Source: an uncultured Eubacteriales bacterium | Lineage (GTDB): Bacteria > Acidobacteriota > Aminicenantia > Aminicenantales > UBA4085 | Reading direction: 5' to 3' | Assembly (NCBI GenBank): GCA_964556755.1 | Contig: CAZKXI010000013.1 | Span: 2,009 to 66,008, forward strand | DNA: 64,000 bases | In this document: positions 55,201 to 64,000 of the stretch, piece by piece | Position numbering within the stretch: position 1 is the first letter of the stretch | How the letters are laid out: every line of letters begins with the position of its first letter | Made by a program: the position numbers and the translations under genes | Notes under the pieces: generated by a model | Told to the model about the DNA's origin: nothing | The model's input: only the letters and a program-made list of their open reading frames with translations | The model's database searches: none

Positions 55201-55277
55201 CCGAGCTCCGGGCCGGGCCCGGCGGCCAGCCCGGCCAGGAGAGCGATCACCCCGATCAAGCGTGGGCTCATCATCAT
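52257..55277 (-). CDS. Exported DUF6067 / GH123-like putative glycoside hydrolase
   Basis: Signal peptide; GEFYAFQIG, NIHHA-like NVHHAN..NPYINYPF, IDGLYLDD, WFGEYFD, GEMLQDGGNPWRGM. Confidence 0.65.
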   Translation of the reverse strand: MMMSPRLIGVIALLAGLAAGPGPELGQGSGPAAAGPAWDAGLLGGHRAVVRVAAAADAVRVKIPWRRRDPSPEKKAVIVTDASGRRVANVWPVRIERTEGELVFQPSAGAGTYYFYYMPYRSGGSRNYPQVRYLEPERTAEDAWLARHGLTAAGGGAGLPEAEAGPIESFDPFDAFTEMERIASPEETKALRERWSDRPFLLFPEDRSLSIRMTDDVPLRWTEEGPRAVFAGQAAKGEFYAFQIGLWACGSRLDKVSVTFAPLRSPEGGEIPASALRCFNLGGVDWDGSRLIKTVSVEPGKVQALWCGVQVPADLPPGRYEGQVSVRAEGTPSQAFRLALTVSPAVLPDGGDSEPERLSRLRWLDSTLAMDDEVVKPFTPLTVNDRTVGCLGREVSLGLDGLPEAIRSYFRPEVTGLSGKAKDVLAGPMALVVLDEKGERLAWKPEGMAFTRRSPGRVEWTFRSSEAGLRLEGRGAMEADGFLEFKVRLAAESPRAVKDIRLEIPWAESAARYMMGLGAKGGLRPSELQWSWDQKKNQDSLWLGDVDAGMQVGLRAENYSRPLNTNFYQSKPLALPPSWWNDGKGTVRVGRTRPGVVLYAASGGERRLEPGRDLHFDFILHLTPFKPIDPAGHFATRFLHAPKPPSEAAAEGANVVNVHHANAVNPYINYPFLRVPAMKAYIDEAHRLGLRVKIYDTVRELSNRAPEIFALRSLGHEIFTAGPGGGSSWLQEHLGSDYIPAWYVPELRDAAVINSGMSRWHNYYIEGLDWLARHVGIDGLYLDDVAFDRTTMKRVRKVLDRNRPAALIDLHSANQYNPRDGFVSSATLYLEHFPYLDRLWFGEYFDYEGSPADFWLVEVSGIPFGLMGEMLQDGGNPWRGMVFGMTNRKPWSGPDPSRLWKVWDAFGISQAEMLGWWSDGCPVRPEDPGVKATVYRRKGRSLIALASWARGPVRTALKIDWKALGLDPRRARLRAPEIPDFQLAASFAPGEPIPLEPGRGWLLILE

Positions 55278-55319
55278 GGACCTCGGTTCAAAGCGATGAC
55301 GTCGCGACCTGCGGACCGC

Positions 55320-57722
55320 CTAGTCCGAGTACAAGTCGATCTCGGCGACGCTCCAAGGATACCGGCCGGCGTGCGTCTCGGTCAAGACGATCCGGAGATA
55401 GCGGGCCGTGCAGGGTACGCGGGAGACGACGCTGCGGTAGGACCTCCAGTCCTCGACGGCAGCCCGGTCCAGGGCGGGAAAGAAGCCCCGCCCCTCATCC
55501 AGGAGAGCCCACTCCCGGCCATCGACGGACGCTTCGACCCGGAAGCTCCGCGGGTAAGCCAGCGGCGCCGCCCCCTGCCTCAGCTCGATCCGGCTGAAGC
55601 GCTCCTCCCGGCCCAGGTCGATCTCGAGGCTCTCGCCGGGCTCCTGCGGATAGCCGTTGGTCCAGAGCGTGTCGGCCCGGCCGTCAAAGGCCCGGCCGAT
55701 CGAGTCGGGATTACGGCCGGCCCGGCCGCGCCAGAGGCGCTTGTCCCCCACCCTCCGCGTCGCGGTCTCCGGCTCGAGGTGGGCTTCGGCCCAAGGCAGG
55801 ATGCGGTAGAGGACCGAGCCGTCCGCCTCGGCCACGGGATCGGCCCGGTGCCGGTGGCGGAGCATGGTCCGCAGGAAATCTTCCCGGGAGGCTTCGGGCA
55901 TCTTGCCGACGTGGGCCAGGAGATAGCCCACCCCCAGCCGCTCGAGGAGGTCGAAGACGGGCCGGTCGGGCAGCCGGCCCATGGCTTCGCGGACGACCCG
56001 GTAGGCCGGCGGCGCGTAGCCGCTGTAGCCGTTGACCAGCTTCCGGCCGTGGAAGGAGGAATAGTAGACCGGCCAAGCTTCCCGAAACTCCTCGCTGTCG
56101 GCCGAGGGCATGGGCACTTCGACCAGCGAGGCGCCGGCGGGCAGGGCGGATACGGATTGATAGATCGCCGGAATCTCCCGCGGCCCCGGAATCCGCGACA
56201 GAGGCAGAGGCACGGCCCATGACTCGATCAGGATCCAGGCGGCCAGCCCGGCCGTCCATCCGATCCGTCCGCCCCGCCCTTTCGCCTTCCGCAGGCCGTG
56301 GGCCGCGGCGTAGGCCGCGAAGACGGCCAGGGTCAGGACGACCAGAATGGAGAACCGGTTGCTGGCCCGCAGGCCCTGGAAGCCCGGCACCCGGTCGTAG
56401 AGCCACTCGTAGGGGCCGGTCAGGATCTTTCGGTCGAAGAGCCTGATGGAGGGACCCAGCGAGAGGAGGAAAGCCAGCCCCCCGACGGCCGCGTAGGCGC
56501 GGGCCGGACGGGGCGCAGCCCGGACAAGCCGGGCCAGCCGGTCCCGCAGCCGCGGATCCAGGGCCGCCCGAGCGGCCAAGGAGAGGAGGAGAAGGCTCAA
56601 AGGGTCCTCGATCCTCCGGCCAACGACCTTGATCCCGGCCAAGGAGGCCGAGAATCCCGGACTGAACGCCAGGAAGACCGTCCATCCGGCCAGGACGATG
56701 TTGAAGCCGTCCCACAAGCCGTAGGGGATCCGGGGACCGCCGACCCGATCCGGCAGCGCGACCTGGGAGGCCCGACGCCGCAGCTCGATCCACCCCCAAG
56801 CCGTCAGGGCCAAGGCGGCCAAGCCGGGAAAATGCTGCCATTCCACCCCGCCGAGACCGCCGAGAAGCCTTCCCCACAGACGGTTCCAGGGAGGCACGGC
56901 CAGGTAGTGCTGGAGCTGGGCCGAGTAGTGCAGGACCTCCCAGCGCGGCCGCAGGAACATCATCCGCTCGTGGATCCTGAGGAAAGGCAGGATGTAGGGC
57001 CCCAGGCAGGCCGCCGCCGCGCCGACGATGGCGACGGCCCGGATCCAAAACCGCCCCTGCCGCCAGAGCTTCGTCCGGATCACCTCGGCCAGAGCCAGCA
57101 GGGCGGCCGCCACGGTGAAGAAGGCGCCGTAGTAGGCGCAGCAGAGGACCTGCAGGACATAGCTCGCGGCCACGCCCGCCGCATTGGGCCATGTGGGCTT
57201 CTCGAAGAAGCGGTCCATGAAGAGCAGGGTGAAGGGGATCCAGGCGAAGAAGAGGATCTCCAGGTGGCTGATGTGGGCGAAGCGATACGGGCAGAAGGCG
57301 AAGATGAGGCCGGCCAGGAAGGCGGCCGGGCGGGCGCCCATCAGGCGCTTGGCTAGAGCGTAGGCCCCCGCGGCGCAGAGCCAGAAGGACAGGAGAAAGA
57401 GGATGTTGAAGACCAGGACCAGGTTCGAGGTCAGCAGGCGGATCGGAGCCCCGAGCAGAGTCAAGCCCAGAAGCGGATCTCCATAGGCCAGTACGCCCCG
57501 GTGGGGGTAGAAGATGCTCGCGTCCCAATAGGCCCCGCCCCCCGCGAGCGCCTTGTAGCTCCAGGACAGCGCGTAGAGGGTATAGAGCGTGTCGTGGGGA
57601 TCCCCCGGGACCTGGCGGCCCATGTGGGCGGCCAGAGGCCAGGTCATCGCGATCGAGAGGAGGGCGAAGGCCAGGAGGGCGGCGGCGTCCGCACGGCGTC
57701 CGCGAAGCGCCCCCAGGGCCAT
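55320..57722 (-). CDS. GT-C-type polytopic membrane glycosyltransferase-like protein with C-terminal discoidin/F5-8 domain
   Basis: GDPHD after TM1, IFYPH..LAYGD, FAFCPYR, LVNGYSG; C-terminal AFDGRADTLW..YLRI..WSVAEI. Confidence 0.6.
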   Translation of the reverse strand: MALGALRGRRADAAALLAFALLSIAMTWPLAAHMGRQVPGDPHDTLYTLYALSWSYKALAGGGAYWDASIFYPHRGVLAYGDPLLGLTLLGAPIRLLTSNLVLVFNILFLLSFWLCAAGAYALAKRLMGARPAAFLAGLIFAFCPYRFAHISHLEILFFAWIPFTLLFMDRFFEKPTWPNAAGVAASYVLQVLCCAYYGAFFTVAAALLALAEVIRTKLWRQGRFWIRAVAIVGAAAACLGPYILPFLRIHERMMFLRPRWEVLHYSAQLQHYLAVPPWNRLWGRLLGGLGGVEWQHFPGLAALALTAWGWIELRRRASQVALPDRVGGPRIPYGLWDGFNIVLAGWTVFLAFSPGFSASLAGIKVVGRRIEDPLSLLLLSLAARAALDPRLRDRLARLVRAAPRPARAYAAVGGLAFLLSLGPSIRLFDRKILTGPYEWLYDRVPGFQGLRASNRFSILVVLTLAVFAAYAAAHGLRKAKGRGGRIGWTAGLAAWILIESWAVPLPLSRIPGPREIPAIYQSVSALPAGASLVEVPMPSADSEEFREAWPVYYSSFHGRKLVNGYSGYAPPAYRVVREAMGRLPDRPVFDLLERLGVGYLLAHVGKMPEASREDFLRTMLRHRHRADPVAEADGSVLYRILPWAEAHLEPETATRRVGDKRLWRGRAGRNPDSIGRAFDGRADTLWTNGYPQEPGESLEIDLGREERFSRIELRQGAAPLAYPRSFRVEASVDGREWALLDEGRGFFPALDRAAVEDWRSYRSVVSRVPCTARYLRIVLTETHAGRYPWSVAEIDLYSD

Positions 57723-57730
57723 GCCGCTCT

Positions 57731-58456
57731 CTACTCCAGCCCCGCCAGCCGCCGCAGGGAACGGACCTCGTCGCGCCGCAGCGGACGCCATTGGCCGGCG
57801 GGCAGAGAGCCCAGGCGGATGCCCGCGAACTCGACCCGCTTGAGGGACAGGACGCGATGCCCGACTTGATCCATCATCCGGCGGACTTCGCGCTTGCGCC
57901 CCTCGTGGATCTCGACCAGGGCCTGGCTGCGCCGCGGGCCGCGGCTTGCGACCCGGACACGGGCCGGGGCCGTCCTCCTTCCGTCCAGGCGAACTCCCCT
58001 CTCCAGCCGGGAGGCCTCCTCTTCCGACAGGCTGCCCTCGACCTCGACCGCGTAGAGCTTACGGATCTCGAAGCGCGGGTGGGTCAGCCGGAAGGCCAAG
58101 TCGCCGTCATTCGTCAGCAGAAGCAGCCCGCCGGAGTCGAGGTCCAGGCGGCCGACGGGATAGACCGATTCCCGCAGCCGGGGCAGCAGCGACATCACGG
58201 TGGGCCGGCCTTCCGGATCATCGCGGGTGACCAGGGTGCCGGGAGGCTTGTTGAGGGCCAGGTAGACGAGCTCCCGGCCCGGCTTGAGCAGCCGACCGTC
58301 GACGGCGACCTTGTCGCGGGCCTCGTCCACCTTGGCGCCCAGGTCGGACACGGTCGAGCCGTTGACCTGGACGCGGCCGTCCGCGATCATCCGGTCGGCC
58401 TCTCGCCGCGAGGCCACGCCCCGCATGGAGAGGTACCGGTTCAGGCGCAAGGGCAT
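57731..58456 (-). CDS. rluB: rRNA pseudouridine synthase (RsuA/RluB family)
   Basis: RLNRYL..SRREAD (S4), LNKP, VGRLDLDSGGLLLLTNDG, EGRKREVRRM. Confidence 0.9.
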   Translation of the reverse strand: MPLRLNRYLSMRGVASRREADRMIADGRVQVNGSTVSDLGAKVDEARDKVAVDGRLLKPGRELVYLALNKPPGTLVTRDDPEGRPTVMSLLPRLRESVYPVGRLDLDSGGLLLLTNDGDLAFRLTHPRFEIRKLYAVEVEGSLSEEEASRLERGVRLDGRRTAPARVRVASRGPRRSQALVEIHEGRKREVRRMMDQVGHRVLSLKRVEFAGIRLGSLPAGQWRPLRRDEVRSLRRLAGLE

Positions 58457-59019
58457 CACAAATGGATCTGGAAGCCGGCCCAGAACGTCCAGTCGCCCAG
58501 ACTCAGCTGGATGTCCTGGATGCTGACGACGATCTTCTGCCAGCGGCCCTCGGCCGTCAGGCTGAAGCGCTTCCCCAGCCTCAAGTCCAGTCCGGCTCCG
58601 ATATTGAGCCCGCCGTCGTTGTCCTTGTCGATATTTTGGATGTCCGCCGTGTAATAGCCGTAGCCGGCGGTGACGAACGGCTGCAGCATCAGGATCGGGA
58701 AGTAGACTTTGCCGTTGATCCCGATGTAGCTGTAGTCGTTGACCTTCTGGTCCCAATCGGCCAGTCCGGCGCCTCCGACCAGGATGTTGTGGGCGGCTTG
58801 AAAGTAGTTCAGCTCGACCCCGAACATCAGGACTCTCAGGCCGGCCCGCAAGCCGTAGACGAAGGTCGTGTCCGTGTCGAACTCGAAGCTCAACGCGCTG
58901 GGAGTCTGGACCGACGTCCCGCCGAAGGCGCCCAAGGTGATTCCGATCTGAGAGAAGGCGGGAACCGACAGGACGGCCATCAGGGCGGCCGCGGCCAGGG
59001 CGGGCTTGACGTGTCTCAT
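58456..59019 (-). CDS. OmpA-like outer-membrane beta-barrel protein
   Basis: Signal peptide, PFVTAGYG, GLNIGAGL, amphipathic C-terminal strand. Confidence 0.75.
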   Translation of the reverse strand: MRHVKPALAAAALMAVLSVPAFSQIGITLGAFGGTSVQTPSALSFEFDTDTTFVYGLRAGLRVLMFGVELNYFQAAHNILVGGAGLADWDQKVNDYSYIGINGKVYFPILMLQPFVTAGYGYYTADIQNIDKDNDGGLNIGAGLDLRLGKRFSLTAEGRWQKIVVSIQDIQLSLGDWTFWAGFQIHL

Positions 59020-59103
59020 GGCTGCTCTCTCCTCCTTCCCCTTGAATCCGCCCCATTGTCGGCCGGGGATCGGGGATTTGTCAAGGAACGCCTGCGGTTC
59101 GGC

Positions 59104-60303
59104 TCAGGCCTGAAGGCTCGCCCGGAGAGCCTCGGCCGCCCGGGCCAAGGCTCCCTGCGCGTCGGCCTTGGGATCGCCGGCGATCTCGACCAGCGAAGGT
59201 CCGCCTCCCCCCTTGCCCGAGACAAGCGGAGCGACCAGGCCCGCCAGCGGCCGCAGATCCGCCTGGAGGCTCTCGGCTCGCGCCAGGACGATCTGCAGCC
59301 GGTCCGGAGATCGGGAGGCGAAGAGAGCCGCGAAGGGCCCGCGGCGGACCAGGCCGAGGGCTAAAGCCCTGACGGCCTCCGGGCTGCGATCGTCGAAGAC
59401 TCGGACCACGATGCGCTCGCCGCCGCCGGCGGCAGCCATCTCCGCGGCTTCCCGCTCGGCCGCCGCCTCTTCCAGGGCCCGCACGGCCTTCTTCAGGGCT
59501 TTGGCCTCCTGCGCGACCCTGCCGATATGCGCCGTCAGGTCGGCCGGCGGGACGTTGAAGCGACCGGCCAGATCCCGCACGATTCGGGTCCGGAGCTGGA
59601 AAGCGCCCAGGGCCCGGCCGCCGCAGACGAAGGAGAAGCGCAGGTTGCCCCGGATCCTCTCCCAGCCGAGGACCTTGATCAGGCCGATCTGGCCGGTCCG
59701 CAAGACGTGAGTCCCGCCGCAGGCCGAGAAGTCGTAGCCGTCCACCTCGACGACGCGGATGGTCCCCGAGACCTTGGGCGGACGCCGCAAGGGCACGTCG
59801 CCGATGCGCTCGGGGGGAACGAAGGATGTCCGCACCTCGCGGTCTTCGAAGACGACGGCGTTGGCCCTCCGCTCGACGCGCTCGACAAGGGCCTCGTCGG
59901 CGGAAGCCAAGCCGATCTCCAGGGTCGCGACCTCGGGGCCGAGGTGGAAGGACCGGGTCTCGCCGCGGGCCTCCTCGACGAAGGCCTGCGACAGCACGTG
60001 CTGGCCCGAATGCTGCTGCATGTGGTCAAAGCGGCGGGGCCAGTCCACCCGGCCCCGCAGGACGCCGACGGGAGCCTCGCGCTCGAGGACGTGGACGACG
60101 GCCCCCTCGTCATCGAGGACCTGGACGACGGCGATCCCGTCCAAGCTCCCGAGATCCCAGGGCTGTCCGCCCGACTCGGGATAGAAGCAGGTCCGGTCCA
60201 GGACCACGGCCGGCCGGCCGTCCACCGTGCGCCTCTCCAGCACGCGGGCCTCGAACTCCACGAGGGTCGGATCCTGGTAGTCGAGTCTCTCGGTGGCGGG
60301 CAT
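59104..60303 (-). CDS. AlaX alanyl-tRNA editing protein with DHHA1 domain
   Basis: FYPESGGQP.D, MQQHSGQH, CGGTH, GKGGG. Confidence 0.9.
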   Translation of the reverse strand: MPATERLDYQDPTLVEFEARVLERRTVDGRPAVVLDRTCFYPESGGQPWDLGSLDGIAVVQVLDDEGAVVHVLEREAPVGVLRGRVDWPRRFDHMQQHSGQHVLSQAFVEEARGETRSFHLGPEVATLEIGLASADEALVERVERRANAVVFEDREVRTSFVPPERIGDVPLRRPPKVSGTIRVVEVDGYDFSACGGTHVLRTGQIGLIKVLGWERIRGNLRFSFVCGGRALGAFQLRTRIVRDLAGRFNVPPADLTAHIGRVAQEAKALKKAVRALEEAAAEREAAEMAAAGGGERIVVRVFDDRSPEAVRALALGLVRRGPFAALFASRSPDRLQIVLARAESLQADLRPLAGLVAPLVSGKGGGGPSLVEIAGDPKADAQGALARAAEALRASLQA

Positions 60304-60319
60304 GGCGTCATCCTCCCTC

Positions 60320-61537
60320 TCAGAGCGCTTGGCCGACCAGTAGGACGCCCAGGGCCCCGGCGAAGACGGCCGCGACCGGCCGCGCCAGGAGGCGGTAGAC
60401 GTCCTTGAGGTCGGCCCTGAAATATTCGGCCGTCAAGGCCAAGCAGAGATGGGCCGGCGAGAGCAGGATGCCGACGAAGCCGCTGACATAGGCGAAGAGC
60501 AGAAGGACCATGTCGGGCCGGCCCGTCCCGATGATGGGAGCCAGGAGGGGAAAGGCGATAGCCACGTAGGCCTGGTTGACGCCGGTCAGGAAGCCGACCA
60601 AAAAAGGCGCCGCGAAGAGCAGCGCGTACGTGGCCCAGCCCCCGGGGGGAACGGCCCGGACGACGGCCTCCAGGGCGCCGCTGGCTTCCAAAACGCGCTT
60701 GAAGACCATGACCGCGCCCGTCAGAAGGACGACGCGCGGGGTCACGGAGCGGCGGACGACTTGGAGCCGGGTCTTCAGCGGCATGCGGGAGAGGACCTGC
60801 GAGGCCAGGCAGGCGGCGGCCAGAGCCGGGAGCATGTCCATCCGGGCGATGAAGACCAGGGCGATGGTCAGCGCGATCGGCCAGATCGATCCCACCACCC
60901 TCAAATAATCGCCCGCGGTCGCCCGCCGCCTCTCGAGACGCGGCCCGCGCGGCACCTTCCGGAAGAGGGCGACCAGCCCGGCCCCCGCGGCAAGCAGCGT
61001 GAACGGCGCCTGGACCAGGCAGATCCGCCCGATCGGAACGTCGAGGATCAGCGAGACCAGAATGAGGTTGGTGTACAGCGGCCAGCAGTACTCCCAGATA
61101 TGGCGGAACCAGTAGTTGAGGAAGGTCATCCAGGCCGGGCTCAGTCCGTAGGGAGCGGCGGCCTCCTCGACGATCGGGGCCCCCATCATGGCCCCGCCCA
61201 TCATCGGCAGCAGCCCGATGAAGGCCGAGGGCACGGCCAGGATGAGCCGGGGATCGCGGATGACGGCCCGCAGGGCTTCGACCATACGGCGGAAGCTGTT
61301 TGATTCCTGGAGGAAATAGCCGAGATAGAGGACCAGGACGAGAACGCCGAGCAGCGTCAGGGTGTCCCCGGCGATCAGGGCTCGTCCCGATTCCCGCAGG
61401 AAAGCTCCGGCCGGCAGGCCGAAGAGCGCGGCCGTCAGGACCGCGTCGGCCAGCAGGGCCAGGCCGAGATCGACCTTGAGGCGCAGCAGGACGAGCAGGA
61501 GCAGGATGATCGCGGCGGTCTTGAGCAGGACGGGCAT
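60320..61537 (-). CDS. DUF401-family polytopic membrane protein
   Basis: PSAFIGLLPMMGGA, NYWFRHIWEY, GILLSPAHLCL. Confidence 0.8.
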   Translation of the reverse strand: MPVLLKTAAIILLLLVLLRLKVDLGLALLADAVLTAALFGLPAGAFLRESGRALIAGDTLTLLGVLVLVLYLGYFLQESNSFRRMVEALRAVIRDPRLILAVPSAFIGLLPMMGGAMMGAPIVEEAAAPYGLSPAWMTFLNYWFRHIWEYCWPLYTNLILVSLILDVPIGRICLVQAPFTLLAAGAGLVALFRKVPRGPRLERRRATAGDYLRVVGSIWPIALTIALVFIARMDMLPALAAACLASQVLSRMPLKTRLQVVRRSVTPRVVLLTGAVMVFKRVLEASGALEAVVRAVPPGGWATYALLFAAPFLVGFLTGVNQAYVAIAFPLLAPIIGTGRPDMVLLLFAYVSGFVGILLSPAHLCLALTAEYFRADLKDVYRLLARPVAAVFAGALGVLLVGQAL

Positions 61538-61564
61538 GGCGGATCGGTCCGGCCGCGGATTATA

Positions 61565-62227
61565 TCACAGCCCCGCGAGGACCCGGGCCGTCGTCTTGAA
61601 GTGGAGCTTGGCCACCCGGCCGAGGGCCTCCGCCCCGTGCCGCGAGACGAAGGCGGCGGCCGCCGCTTCCACCGGCGGCCCGGCCCCCTTGCGCAGGTCC
61701 AAGCCCCACGCGGCCGAAAGAGAGGCCAGACGCCGCAGGAACTCGGCCCGGGCCAGGATGGAAGCCGCCGCCACGGCCGGGTCGGCCTCGCCCCGCGGCC
61801 GCTGCTCCAGCTCGATCGTCCGGCCCCGGGTCAGGAGAGCCTGCCGGACGAAGCGCTCGTCGCCGAACTGGTCCGTCACGACGCGGCGCGCGTCGATCCT
61901 CTCCAGGACGTTCTCGATGGCCCGGGCATGGCCCCAGGCCAGCAGCTTGTTCAGGTTGCGGAGCTTGCCGTAGAGCTCGTTGTACTTCTCGGGGCCGATG
62001 GCCACGACGGAGCAGGGGTAGCCCGCCTTCAAGGTCGCGGCCAGGTCGGAAGCCCTCTTGTCCGAGAGCTGCTTGCTGTCGCGCACGCCCAGCTGGGCCA
62101 GAACCGGCTCCTGGCCTTCGGGACAGAAGAAGGCGGCGATGACCAGGGGACCAAAATAGTCGCCCTTGCCGGACTCGTCGGTCCCCAGGTGGCCGGCGGC
62201 CGCGGGAAAGAGCTCTCCGCCGCTCAC
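61565..62227 (-). CDS. rnhC: Ribonuclease HIII lacking the N-terminal TBP-like domain
   Basis: GTDESGKGDYFGPLV, RDSK, YNELY..NLNKLLAWGHA, DQF, VAAASILAR, VAKLHFKT; GTGA overlap with nfnB. Confidence 0.85.
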   Translation of the reverse strand: MSGGELFPAAAGHLGTDESGKGDYFGPLVIAAFFCPEGQEPVLAQLGVRDSKQLSDKRASDLAATLKAGYPCSVVAIGPEKYNELYGKLRNLNKLLAWGHARAIENVLERIDARRVVTDQFGDERFVRQALLTRGRTIELEQRPRGEADPAVAAASILARAEFLRRLASLSAAWGLDLRKGAGPPVEAAAAAFVSRHGAEALGRVAKLHFKTTARVLAGL

Positions 62228-63735
62228 GGCTCGTGCTCCCCGCGCATATAGGCGTCGATGCTCGCCGCCGCCCGGCGGGCGTCGCCCATGGCCAGGATGA
62301 CCGTGGCCCCGCCCCGGACGATGTCGCCGCCGGCGAAGACGCCGGGGGCTCCGGCGGCGGCCAGGGTCGCCGGGTCCACTTCGATGGTGCCCCAGCGCCC
62401 CCGCCGCAGCTCGGGCTGGCAGTCGAACAGCAGAGGGTTGGGGCTCTGGCCGACCGCCACGACCGCCATATCGATCCCGACCTCGCTCTCCGAGCCCTCG
62501 ATGGGGATCGGCCGTCGGCGGCCGGACGCGTCGGGCTCGCCCAGCGCCATGCGCTGGCAGACCATGGCCCGCAGCCGCCCCCGCTCGTCGCCCAGGTAAC
62601 GGACCGGAACCGAGAGGAGCTGGATCTCCACGCCCTCCTCCTCGGCGTGCCGGATCTCCTCGATCCGGGCCGGCATCTCCTCGCGCGAGCGGCGATAGAT
62701 GATCATGGCCCGCTCCGCGCCCAGCCTCTTGGCCGTCCGGACGGCGTCCATGGCCACGTTCCCGCCGCCGATGACGGCCGCGCGCCGGGCCAGGGCCACC
62801 GGCGTGTCCACGGCCGGGAAGTCGCGGGCCCCCATCAGGTTGACCCGGGTCAGATACTCGTTGGCCGAGTAGACGCCGACCAAGTTCTCGCCGGGGATGC
62901 GCATGAAGTGGGGCAGCCCGGCCCCGGCGCCGATGAAGAAGGCCCGGTAGCCGTCGGCCCGGAGGTCCTCGAGCCGGGCCGTGCGGCCGACGACAAAGCT
63001 GAGCCGTATCTCGACGCCGAGAGCCCTCAGATTCTCGATCTCGGCCCGCAGGACGCCCCGGGGCAGGCGGAATTCCGGGATGCCGTAGGCCAGGACTCCC
63101 CCGGCCTCGTGCAGCGCTTCGAAGATCGTCACGGCGTAGCCGAGGCGGACCAGCTCGCCGGCGGCGGTCAGCCCGGCCGGGCCGGAGCCGATCACGGCCA
63201 CCTTGGCCGCGGCCGAAGCCGGCTTGCGGGCGGACGCGGGGCCGCCCGCATCCCGGCCCTGGTCCGCGGCGAAGCGCTCCAGATGGCCGATGGCCACCGG
63301 GACTCCGGCCGCACGGCCGAGGTTGCAGACCTGCTCGCACTGGGTCTCCTGGGGGCAGACCCGGCCGCAGACCGCGGGCAGGGAATTCGTCTCCCGCAGG
63401 GTCCGCCCGGCCGCGGCGAAGTCGCCGGCCTCGATCCGCTTGATGAAGGTCGGGATGTCGATAGCGACCGGGCAGCCAGCGACACAGCCCGGCGCCGCGC
63501 AATCGAGGCAGCGGCGGGCCTCCTGGCGAGCCGCCTCGGGGCTGAAGCCCCGGTTGACCTCGGAAAAATCGCGGCTTCGCTGGAACGCGTCCCGCTCGGG
63601 CATGGCCTGGCGCGGGATCAGCGCCCTGTCCTTGGGCGGGATCGCGCGCCTCAGCGCCCGGCGCCAGTCCTTGTCGTACTCGACCCGGATCCGCTCCCGG
63701 TCCTGGGGATCGAGGGTCTTGAAGGCTTGGCTCAT
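62224..63735 (-). CDS. NfnB / glutamate synthase small-subunit-like NADPH oxidoreductase
   Basis: EARRCLDC..CVAGCPV, CGRVCPQETQCE, IGSGPAG, YGIPEFRLP, GGGNVAMD, FAGGDIVRGGATVILA. Confidence 0.92.
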   Translation of the reverse strand: MSQAFKTLDPQDRERIRVEYDKDWRRALRRAIPPKDRALIPRQAMPERDAFQRSRDFSEVNRGFSPEAARQEARRCLDCAAPGCVAGCPVAIDIPTFIKRIEAGDFAAAGRTLRETNSLPAVCGRVCPQETQCEQVCNLGRAAGVPVAIGHLERFAADQGRDAGGPASARKPASAAAKVAVIGSGPAGLTAAGELVRLGYAVTIFEALHEAGGVLAYGIPEFRLPRGVLRAEIENLRALGVEIRLSFVVGRTARLEDLRADGYRAFFIGAGAGLPHFMRIPGENLVGVYSANEYLTRVNLMGARDFPAVDTPVALARRAAVIGGGNVAMDAVRTAKRLGAERAMIIYRRSREEMPARIEEIRHAEEEGVEIQLLSVPVRYLGDERGRLRAMVCQRMALGEPDASGRRRPIPIEGSESEVGIDMAVVAVGQSPNPLLFDCQPELRRGRWGTIEVDPATLAAAGAPGVFAGGDIVRGGATVILAMGDARRAAASIDAYMRGEHEP

Positions 63736-63744
63736 GGGCCGGGC

Positions 63745-64000
63745 CTAGGGCAGGCTCTCCTTCTCGTAGCGGCAGAGCGAGCGCACCTCCTCCTCGAGGT
63801 AGGCCGCGCGCCGGCGGAAGAGCTCCGCCCAATCGACCTGATGGCCGTCGAAGTCGGGCCCGTCGACGCAGGCGAAACGGGTGCTCCCGCCGACCGAGCA
63901 GCGGCAAGCCCCGCACATCCCCGTCCCATCGACCATGATCGGGTTGAGGCTGACCACCGTCGGGAGAGCCAGCGGGCGGGTCGCCTCGGAGACGGCGGCC
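63745..64000 (-). CDS. NfnA / PyrK-like FAD-[2Fe-2S] subunit, 3' part only
   Basis: SLNPIMVDGTGMCGACR..CVDGPDFDG; upstream of nfnB, runs off the window end. Confidence 0.88.
   Translation of the reverse strand, partial: AAVSEATRPLALPTVVSLNPIMVDGTGMCGACRCSVGGSTRFACVDGPDFDGHQVDWAELFRRRAAYLEEEVRSLCRYEKESLP

Noticed and set aside
62224-63735. True glutamate synthase
   Set aside because: No large subunit is adjacent, and the upstream gene is NfnA/PyrK-like, which indicates NfnAB transhydrogenase

Overview
High-GC bacterial chromosome segment from a diderm, probably anaerobic organism. It carries bamA/lol/lpx genes, nfnAB and a Pat acetyltransferase, and its gene content resembles Acidobacteriota/Aminicenantes-type genomes (taxonomy is inference only). 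About 50 densely packed CDSs, mostly housekeeping: a lexA-dinB-dnaE2 SOS cassette, pfkA, peptidases, an envelope operon (ribH-nusB-lysS-lolCE-lolD-bamA-skp-fabZ-lpxA-lpxI-Gfo/Idh/MocA), mscL, a Lon-like protease, rluB, alaX, rnhC and nfnAB. No tRNA, rRNA, CRISPR array, transposase or integrase was recognised. The most striking locus is a two-gene operon at 3222-9306. Its first gene encodes a pseudo-receiver/PilZ/PilZN/PilZ/LuxD-like thioesterase/SAM-methyltransferase fusion. It is coupled to a multi-TM sensor kinase-receiver-HD-GYP fusion, and the pair may be a c-di-GMP-gated lipid-signal synthase plus its receptor. Other leads: an Acs-ACP-Kbl-SatP operon facing DcaP/Pat; a ~170-nt multi-hairpin element with minus-strand G-U bias at 52029-52195; a candidate direct-repeat LexA operator; and a catalytically dead beta-lactamase-fold lipoprotein. 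All protein assignments come from motif recognition by eye, not database searches.
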